From the NCBI GenBank assembly GCA_964445435.1, contig CAYUKU010000003.1, positions 841-64,840 of the forward strand: a stretch of 64,000 nucleotides of DNA, written 5' to 3'. The DNA comes from an uncultured Gammaproteobacteria bacterium. GTDB taxonomy: Bacteria > Patescibacteriota > Microgenomatia > UBA10105 > UBA927. The position numbers and the translations under genes were made by a program. Positions 57,547 to 64,000 of the stretch are shown piece by piece. A model generated the notes under the pieces. The model worked only from the letters and a program-made list of their open reading frames with translations, made no database searches and was not told the origin of the DNA. Numbering within the stretch: position 1 is the first letter of the stretch; the number at the start of each line of letters is the position of its first letter.

Positions 57547-58272
57547 TTATTGTACTGCCATAACGGCAAGGATTTCTCCGAACGTGCTTTCACTATCTTT
57601 TCGAAACGAAAAAAATCGATCGTTCTGGCAGGAAGTACACACGGGCGGACTATCAATCTGGCTTGCGGTAATGCCAGACCCAAGAAGTTCCAGACGATTG
57701 ACGTATCCTATATCAAGATGCCAGCCGTCATCCATTTTCGATGCGACCCGTTCATCCTTTTGGTATTCGTTCAAGAAGAGCTTTGCGCGATCCTCTGAAA
57801 CACTATAGCAACACATTCCGATATGCGGCCCTATGGAAACCCGGATGTTGGCGGCATTACTTCCCAGATCTATCATAGTCTGGAGCGTTTTTTTTGCGAT
57901 TCCGGCAATCGTACCTTTCCACCCTGCATGAGCTACTGCAAATATGTGTTTTTTCGTGTCCAAAAGAAGAAGCGGCACACAATCCGCAACGATTACTCCT
58001 ATTGATACTCCCTCCCGTCGGTCAACCACCAGTGCGTCAGCTTCTGATACTCTATTGGCGTGCGCGTCATCAATTACCTCTACGCGTGACCCGTGTACCT
58101 GATTTGCCATAACGAGCCGATCGGGATCCAAATGGAGACGCTTAAGAAACGCCCTGCGCGCGTCAAAACGACGCATATCTCCCGCATTCCGAAGCGAATA
58201 TGCGTGCATCAGTGCACTCTCGCGGGCAAGAAGACTTGATTGTATATACGCGTGATCGTTTGATATGAACAT
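57547..58272 (-). CDS. pgeF: YfiH/PgeF-family protein (DUF152, multicopper polyphenol oxidase-like; peptidoglycan editing factor / purine nucleoside phosphorylase)
   Basis: Conserved HAGWKGT and the Cys/His cluster typical of the family. Confidence 0.75.
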   Translation of the reverse strand: MFISNDHAYIQSSLLARESALMHAYSLRNAGDMRRFDARRAFLKRLHLDPDRLVMANQVHGSRVEVIDDAHANRVSEADALVVDRREGVSIGVIVADCVPLLLLDTKKHIFAVAHAGWKGTIAGIAKKTLQTMIDLGSNAANIRVSIGPHIGMCCYSVSEDRAKLFLNEYQKDERVASKMDDGWHLDIGYVNRLELLGSGITASQIDSPPVCTSCQNDRFFSFRKDSESTFGEILAVMAVQ

Positions 58273-58274
58273 GA

Positions 58275-59456
58275 TTACGAGCGCAACTTCCCCAAAAGTC
58301 TAATTGCCTCTTTGCGATCGTTCCAGGGGTATTCCGTCGTTCCGCGGCACAGACTCTGTTCATGGCCTTTTCCGGTGATGATAACCAAATCGCCCGGTTT
58401 GGCAACCGAAAATGCGTATTTAATGGCATCCTTTCTGTTTGGGTATCTGTGCATTTCAACGTCGGAATCGATACCTCGCGCTATGTCATCCATTATCTTC
58501 TCCACGCTCTCGGTACGATAATCTTCTTCGGTCAGGACGATGATATCGTCATAGGCGCTTGCCGCCTTTCCCATGAGAGGACGCTTGCTGTGATCTCTCA
58601 GCCCCGCGCTTCCGAAAACGTGAATCAGGCGCTTCTTAGTCATCTTGCGAGCCGTGCGAAGCGCCCGATCAAGTGCGTTGGGCGTGTGGGCGAAATCAAC
58701 AATGACGGTAAACGGAGACGTCGTAACCACGTCCATCCGCCCGGTCACTCCCGAAAAATCCAAAAGCGCCTCTCTGATGGTTTTTGGGGGTATCTCAAGC
58801 GCGCTGGCAACTGCGATGGCAGCAAGACAATTGTATCGGTTAAACTCTCCGGGAAGTTTAGTTTTGAAGGGGAATGTTTTGGGAGTCACCTTCGCCTCAC
58901 GGCGAATGCCATATGTTATGATCCTTTTCCCCCGATGAAGAACCCTCATCGCTTCACTGTACAGCTGTGCCTCATCGCGATTGAGAACGACGATGTCGCT
59001 TCGTGTAAGGAGGGATAATTTCGTTTTCAGGTACCTGGCAAACGTCTTATGCCAGTCGAGATGCTCGTGTGTTACGTTCGTGATAACGCCCACGGCAAAA
59101 GGGATTCCGAAAACCCGATGCTGCGCAAGACCATGTGACGTCACCTCAAGCACCATGTGCGTATCACCGCGGTCTACCGCATCTCGAAGATATTTCTGCA
59201 CCCAGTATGCATTGGGCGTTGTCACATGGAACCCTGTGTCATACGATTTCCCACCGATGACCGCATGAACGGAAGAAATCATCGACACCTTTCGGCCGGA
59301 GGCCTTAAGAATTTCGTAAATAAGCGTCGTGGTCGTGGTTTTCCCATCGGTTCCCGTGACTCCTATTACCGTCAACTTCCGTCCCGGGAAACCAAAACGC
59401 ACGACGGCAAAGCAGGCGATGAGAAGATGGTACAGGCTTTTCAACAAGCCGATCAT
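58275..59456 (-). CDS. murE: Mur ligase family protein, MurE-like, lacking the N-terminal domain
   Basis: P-loop IGVTGTDGKTTTTTLIYEIL, the DFAHTP motif and the KRPLMG region. At 393 aa it is about 100 aa shorter than canonical MurE. Confidence 0.7.
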   Translation of the reverse strand: MIGLLKSLYHLLIACFAVVRFGFPGRKLTVIGVTGTDGKTTTTTLIYEILKASGRKVSMISSVHAVIGGKSYDTGFHVTTPNAYWVQKYLRDAVDRGDTHMVLEVTSHGLAQHRVFGIPFAVGVITNVTHEHLDWHKTFARYLKTKLSLLTRSDIVVLNRDEAQLYSEAMRVLHRGKRIITYGIRREAKVTPKTFPFKTKLPGEFNRYNCLAAIAVASALEIPPKTIREALLDFSGVTGRMDVVTTSPFTVIVDFAHTPNALDRALRTARKMTKKRLIHVFGSAGLRDHSKRPLMGKAASAYDDIIVLTEEDYRTESVEKIMDDIARGIDSDVEMHRYPNRKDAIKYAFSVAKPGDLVIITGKGHEQSLCRGTTEYPWNDRKEAIRLLGKLRS

Positions 59457-59473
59457 GAAGAATATTATACCAT

Positions 59474-61150
59474 TTAGGACTTAGGTGCGATCCCTTTGTA
59501 GATAAGCACATCCCGAGCGATTGAGAAAAAAAGCGGTGCTGCGGTCTCCGAACCCCAGGGAGAACTGGTAGGCTCTCTCAATGTTATCAGCATTACAAAA
59601 CTCGGGTCATCCGCAGGCGCAAATCCCACAAACGAAGCTATCGTTTTCTTCTCGTCATAGTGTCCGGCCACTGGTATCTGCGCAGTTCCCGTCTTACCGG
59701 CGATACGATATCCCTTGGGTTTCGCCCACTTGGCCTCACCGTTATCAACCGCATTGACCATCATTTCCGTCATAACACTTGCCGCCTGAGCTCCGAGGAC
59801 GCGTTTCACTTTCTTGGGTTTGATTTCCACGATCTTCCCCCGCGTATCCTGAATTTTCGAAACCACGTGCGGCTCCATGAGCCAGCCACCGTTGGCAATA
59901 GCTGAAACCGCGCGAACCATCTGAAGCGGAGTCACCGCAATTCCCTGCCCGAAGGATGCAGTTGCAAGATCGATTTCCCGCCATTCGTCCTCGTGGCGAA
60001 GCTCAGCGGCTGCTTCATCCTCCAAATCGACGTTTGTGATACTGCCGAACCCAAAATCACGAATGTACCGAAGAAACAGATCCTTTCCCAACCGTCGCGC
60101 CACAAAGACCATGCCGACATTCGATGAGTGTTGGATGACCTCCGTCATCGTTTGTTTCCCGTGATACTCGTTATTCCATGTGCGAATAGAGTATTCTCCA
60201 ACGCGAACGGGACCGTCTTCGTCAACGACAGTTTCGGCCGTCAGTTTCCGCTCATTGAGAGCTGCCGCCATCACGAGTACCTTAAATGTGCTGCCAGGCT
60301 CATAGGTCGAGCCAACAATGGGATTTTTATAGAGATTTTTGTCAAATTGCGCGTAGAGTCCCGGATCGTAGGTGGGAAATGAAGCCATCGCCAGAATCTC
60401 TCCCGTTTTCGGATTCATCATAACCGCGGAGCCTTCCTTGGCGCCGTATTTTCTTACTCCCTCAAGGAGTCGCTTCTCCACGATGTGCTGTATTGTCCGA
60501 TCAACTGAGAGAATAAGCGAACGACCGTCTTCCGCCTCGATACGCTTAGATTCACCAACTAAAATCGGAGCCCCCCTGACGTCCTTTTCGATCTCTATCC
60601 GACCATCTTTCCCCCGCAATTCCCGGTCGTAAAATCCTTCAAGCCCGAAATACCCCTTGTCAGCACCATTCTGGTCGCTTCCGACAAACCCGATCAGATG
60701 CGCCGCAAGCGACGCTTCCGGATAATAACGTTTGGATTCACGCTCAAATTCCACTCCCGCGAGGCCAAGCGCATCGATCCGAGAAGTGAGCTCTTTGTCT
60801 GCTTTTCTTTTAAGCGGCACCCAATATCGACCTTCCTGAGAAATTTGACTCAATATGTCTTCTGGCGTCGTAGCAAGGGGTTCAGAAATAAGGCGGGCAA
60901 ACTGTTCAAGATTCTCGATCTCCTTGGGGCGCGCGACCACTAAATACGCCGGAACACTTAACACAAGGGGATTTCCGTCGGCTGAGACGATGCTTCCGCG
61001 AACAGCGGGAAGGGAAAACGTAAGATTGTATTGGGCGGCAGCTTCTGCCCGCAACACATCACCCCGTATGATTTGCCAATAAAACAAGCGAACGAGTGCA
61101 AAAAGGAATGCTCCTACGGTAACGAAAAATGCAATTTTTACCCGCCACAT
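59474..61150 (-). CDS. ftsI: Penicillin-binding protein 2 / FtsI (class B PBP transpeptidase)
   Basis: N-terminal TM helix, a PBP dimerisation domain, the SxxK motif (GSTFKVLVMAAAL) and a KTG motif (AGKTGTAQ). Confidence 0.85.
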   Translation of the reverse strand: MWRVKIAFFVTVGAFLFALVRLFYWQIIRGDVLRAEAAAQYNLTFSLPAVRGSIVSADGNPLVLSVPAYLVVARPKEIENLEQFARLISEPLATTPEDILSQISQEGRYWVPLKRKADKELTSRIDALGLAGVEFERESKRYYPEASLAAHLIGFVGSDQNGADKGYFGLEGFYDRELRGKDGRIEIEKDVRGAPILVGESKRIEAEDGRSLILSVDRTIQHIVEKRLLEGVRKYGAKEGSAVMMNPKTGEILAMASFPTYDPGLYAQFDKNLYKNPIVGSTYEPGSTFKVLVMAAALNERKLTAETVVDEDGPVRVGEYSIRTWNNEYHGKQTMTEVIQHSSNVGMVFVARRLGKDLFLRYIRDFGFGSITNVDLEDEAAAELRHEDEWREIDLATASFGQGIAVTPLQMVRAVSAIANGGWLMEPHVVSKIQDTRGKIVEIKPKKVKRVLGAQAASVMTEMMVNAVDNGEAKWAKPKGYRIAGKTGTAQIPVAGHYDEKKTIASFVGFAPADDPSFVMLITLREPTSSPWGSETAAPLFFSIARDVLIYKGIAPKS

Positions 61151-61152
61151 AA

Positions 61153-61443
61153 TTACCGGTTGCTATGAAGGGCAACGGGGAGCTCTGATGAACCCACTGC
61201 AACAAACTGAGATTTGGAAGGTTCGACAAAACCAAGCTCCTGTGCGCGGACACTAATGGTCGCAAGTGAAGAAGCTGAAGCTACTTTCTGTGCCAGAAGA
61301 TCGTTTTCCTGCCTCAGGCGGTCTATGGCCATATCCAACTGCCGAACGCGGTGACCGGACGGGGCAAGTCGGTTCGTAAGCACGATTTCCACCACAACCA
61401 GCGCGATGGCGAAAACTGGCATGATGCCGAGTATGCGTTTCAT
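61153..61443 (-). CDS. ftsL: Cell division protein FtsL/FtsB-like (septum formation initiator)
   Basis: 96 aa with one TM helix followed by a coiled coil (RVRQLDMAIDRLRQENDLLAQKV), in the dcw position after rsmH. Confidence 0.65.
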   Translation of the reverse strand: MKRILGIMPVFAIALVVVEIVLTNRLAPSGHRVRQLDMAIDRLRQENDLLAQKVASASSLATISVRAQELGFVEPSKSQFVAVGSSELPVALHSNR

Positions 61444-61448
61444 ACGTT

Positions 61449-62324
61449 TTAGATTTTCTGCGCTATACGTAATTTCGCGCTTCGGGCGCGGACATTGCGT
61501 ACAATCTCTTCTTCACTGGCAATAATCGGCTTTCGCGAGATTTCTTTCCACGTCTCACGCTTCAGCGCTTGTTTTACAATGCGATCTTCCCGCGAATGGA
61601 AACTGATAACCGCCAATCTCCCACCGGTCGCTAATATCTCGTAAGCGCCTGACAAACCCTCTTTCAGAGCCTCCAATTCTTCATTGATCGCCATTCTGAG
61701 CGCCTGAAAAACCCGCGACAGCACTTGGAATTCAATTTTTTTAGGCAATTCGAGCGTGTCGATAACACGTACGAGATCGCCTGTTGTTTGAATCGGCGCT
61801 ATCTGACGGGCGCGGACAATAAGAGCACTAATTGTCCGAGCACGCTCTTCTTCACCAAGCGTTGCAAGAATTTCATACAGCTCTCCCTCGCTTATCCGGT
61901 TTACTAATTGGGCTGCTGTCTCTCCCTGACCCTGATTAAGCCTTAAGTCCAGGGGTGCCTCGGCAAACCGATAGCTAAATCCACGCTTTGGCGTATCCAG
62001 TTGGTAACTGGATACCCCAAGGTCAAACAAAATCCCGTCTACATCCAAAAATCCGTTCTCTCGTGCGATTCGCTCTACATCCCTGAAATTCCCCTGCGCG
62101 AGCTTCCAACTCTTTTGGAAAACCGTGTTCGAGAGGCGTGCCCGGGCAAAGTCTATAGCCTCCCGATCCGTGTCTATTCCCAAGAGTATTCCACCGCGTT
62201 CTACGATCTCTTGTGCGTGTCCCCCTCCACCCAGCGTTGCATCAATGTAGTGTTTCCCCGCTGTTACCGCTAATCCGGCAACAACTTCTTCTTTGAGGAC
62301 CGGTTCGTGGTATGTGGCTATCAT
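61449..62324 (-). CDS. rsmH: 16S rRNA (cytosine1402-N4)-methyltransferase RsmH (MraW)
   Basis: HEPVLKEEVVAGL...YIDATLGGGGH signature. Confidence 0.9.
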   Translation of the reverse strand: MIATYHEPVLKEEVVAGLAVTAGKHYIDATLGGGGHAQEIVERGGILLGIDTDREAIDFARARLSNTVFQKSWKLAQGNFRDVERIARENGFLDVDGILFDLGVSSYQLDTPKRGFSYRFAEAPLDLRLNQGQGETAAQLVNRISEGELYEILATLGEEERARTISALIVRARQIAPIQTTGDLVRVIDTLELPKKIEFQVLSRVFQALRMAINEELEALKEGLSGAYEILATGGRLAVISFHSREDRIVKQALKRETWKEISRKPIIASEEEIVRNVRARSAKLRIAQKI

Positions 62325-62722
62325 GGCGAGGCGAGGCGACGTTTATATTCCATCCACTTCGTTTTATCCCAAATCTCGAAATGATCTCCCGCGCCTACAA
62401 CCACGACATTTGCCGTAATACCCGCATATTCCTTGAGCAGGGCAGGCAAAAGAATACGACCAAGTTTATCCGCTTCAACCTTCTCGGCTCCTGCAAACAT
62501 GTACCTTCTTACTTGTCGTGCCTTTTCGTCGGTTACCGGTGCCTCAAGCTGTTTGGATGCTTCCCTCTCCCAGCTTTCTTTGTCAAATCCGAAAATACAT
62601 GCGTCAAAGCCTCTGGATACGATCACCTCATCTGTTGCTAACTCTTGCCGAATCTTTCTTGGGATCGTCAGACGGCCCCGATCATCAAGTGCATGGTCAT
62701 ATTCCCCAAGGAATAACTTCAT
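62321..62722 (-). CDS. mraZ: Transcriptional regulator MraZ
   Basis: MKLFLGEYDHALDDRGRLTIPRKIRQEL duplicated SpoVT/AbrB-like fold. It overlaps the rsmH start by 4 nt. Confidence 0.85.
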   Translation of the reverse strand: MKLFLGEYDHALDDRGRLTIPRKIRQELATDEVIVSRGFDACIFGFDKESWEREASKQLEAPVTDEKARQVRRYMFAGAEKVEADKLGRILLPALLKEYAGITANVVVVGAGDHFEIWDKTKWMEYKRRLASP

Positions 62723-62867
62723 GAACCGATCCTACCACTTCTTCCCACTAATATCCATAGTTACCCATTTTTCACGGTGTGTCAAGAGGTATTTCACGAG
62801 AATTTCCCACGAAGCATGGTAAAAACGAGAGCACGATACCCAATGAGATGATGGAGGAGAGCTGAGG

Positions 62868-63335
62868 TTAGAGTTCGAATTCGCCTGTAAATTGGCTCTT
62901 CTTCCCGTCTGTATCTGTGAAGATAATCACGGCTGAAATCTTTGTGACGCCGGGATGCGGCTTACACACGTTTCGCGAACACGTCCCGAGGTAGATATCG
63001 TCACGCACAAATTCGTCTTTCCCGCTGATATCCAATGGTGCACTAGTGACCCCCTGAACGATCCCCTGTGTTTCATAACTCAATTCGTAGGAAAGTTTCG
63101 TATATTTGGAATCCAGGGCCGAAACGGAAAGGACTACGGTATTGTCTTTCACTTTGCTCTTGGTGATATCCACCATAATAGAAGCATCGGCAGGCGGAAG
63201 ACTTATGACCTCTTCCTCCTGGTCAACCGGTTGAACTTGCGGTTTGGAACCAAAAGCTGCCTTATAGGCGACAATCCCAGTAATCAAAAGAAGAACTCCC
63301 AATATGGCGGCAAGAACGGGTGTTTTTACTTTCAT
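62868..63335 (-). CDS. Membrane-anchored hypothetical protein
   Basis: N-terminal TM helix (VLAAILGVLLLITGIVAY) followed by a beta-rich extracytoplasmic domain with a Cys pair. Confidence 0.45.
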   Translation of the reverse strand: MKVKTPVLAAILGVLLLITGIVAYKAAFGSKPQVQPVDQEEEVISLPPADASIMVDITKSKVKDNTVVLSVSALDSKYTKLSYELSYETQGIVQGVTSAPLDISGKDEFVRDDIYLGTCSRNVCKPHPGVTKISAVIIFTDTDGKKSQFTGEFEL

Positions 63336-63350
63336 AGTCCTCCTATTGTA

Positions 63351-64000
63351 CTATGTTGAGCTCAATTTTTCCTGAAAATATTGTATCAAATTTGCTTTGG
63401 CAATTCGGTCCTGCTTCGTGGTGTCCCGATCACGCACGGTAACTGTGCCATCTTCCAGCGTCGTGTAGTCCACGGTTATACACCAGGGCGTCCCAACCTC
63501 GTCTTGAGAAAGATATCGCTTTCCTATATTCCCCCGGTCATCCCATGATACGGTCATATGCTTGCGAAGCGCTTCATGGATTTTGCGCGCTTCATTCACC
63601 AGGTCGGGTTTATTTGCAACCAGCGGAAAAACGGCTACTTTCTTAGGGGCCAGTCTAGGATCCAGTTTAAGGACAATCCGCTTTTCCTCTCTCACAAACG
63701 CATCCGTCAGCACCATAAGAAAGAGACGGTTTATCCCGACTGCCGGCTCAATAACGTGCGGGATAAATTTCCGACCGGTTTGAGGATCCTGATAGGACAA
63801 ATCGACGCCGGAGTGCTTGGACTGAACGGATAAATCATAATCGGTCCGGTAGGCTATGCCCCACAACTCTTTCCATCCGAACGGAAACTGGTATTCCAAA
63901 TCATACGTATCACGGCTGTAATGACTGCGTTCACGATCGGTATGCTGACGCCACCTGAGGTTTTCTTCCCGGATAGAAAGCTTCCGTACAACAAATTCCC
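63351..64000 (-). CDS. glyQS: Glycyl-tRNA synthetase (alpha2 type), C-terminal part; the gene continues beyond the window edge
   Basis: Class II catalytic core followed by an anticodon-binding domain (...FPFGWKELWGIAYRTDYDL...KKVAVFPLVANKPDLVNEARKIHEALRK...). The frame is open upstream of the TTG reported by the ORF track, to position 64000. Confidence 0.8.
   Translation of the reverse strand, partial: EFVVRKLSIREENLRWRQHTDRERSHYSRDTYDLEYQFPFGWKELWGIAYRTDYDLSVQSKHSGVDLSYQDPQTGRKFIPHVIEPAVGINRLFLMVLTDAFVREEKRIVLKLDPRLAPKKVAVFPLVANKPDLVNEARKIHEALRKHMTVSWDDRGNIGKRYLSQDEVGTPWCITVDYTTLEDGTVTVRDRDTTKQDRIAKANLIQYFQEKLSST

Overview
This 64-kb window looks like part of a compact, mostly minus-strand bacterial chromosome with roughly 50% GC. 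The N-terminally reduced proteins and the archaeal-type PEPC suggest an uncultivated small-genome (CPR/Patescibacteria-like) lineage, but that is an inference. Gene content, left to right:

- A stress and repair block: ClpB (partial, lacking the N-domain), a GNAT acetyltransferase, HtpX, LemA, a PolX polymerase and a 1125-aa SF2 helicase.
- tRNA-Gly, tRNA-Asp, tRNA-Thr and tRNA-Val, interleaved with a LysM protein and an archaeal-type PEP carboxylase.
- A surface-glycan locus of about 10 kb (O-antigen-ligase-like, GT2, GT4 and GT-C glycosyltransferases, methyltransferases, Wzx flippase) that contains an AT-rich mosaic segment, followed by a secreted LCAT-like lipase and a DKNYY-like protein.
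- lepB, parB, then rpmA and rplU separated by a THUMP-type methyltransferase, a rodA-like SEDS gene and ileS with a canonical T-box leader.
- A 3.4-kb island of overlapping small ORFs that I cannot assign to any known system: zinc-ribbon peptides, small membrane peptides, a Pro/Ser-rich protein and frameshifted or start-less ORFs.
- An expanded dcw cluster, mraZ through ftsZ. Embedded in it are murA, murB, a GlmU-like gene, femAB, a DegT aminotransferase, dgkA, pgeF and a QueC-like PP-loop gene between murD and mraY.
- A partial glyQS at the right edge.

No CRISPR arrays, rRNAs, transposases or integrases were seen. All calls rest on reading the supplied translations and sequence by eye; no database searches or GC computations were run.
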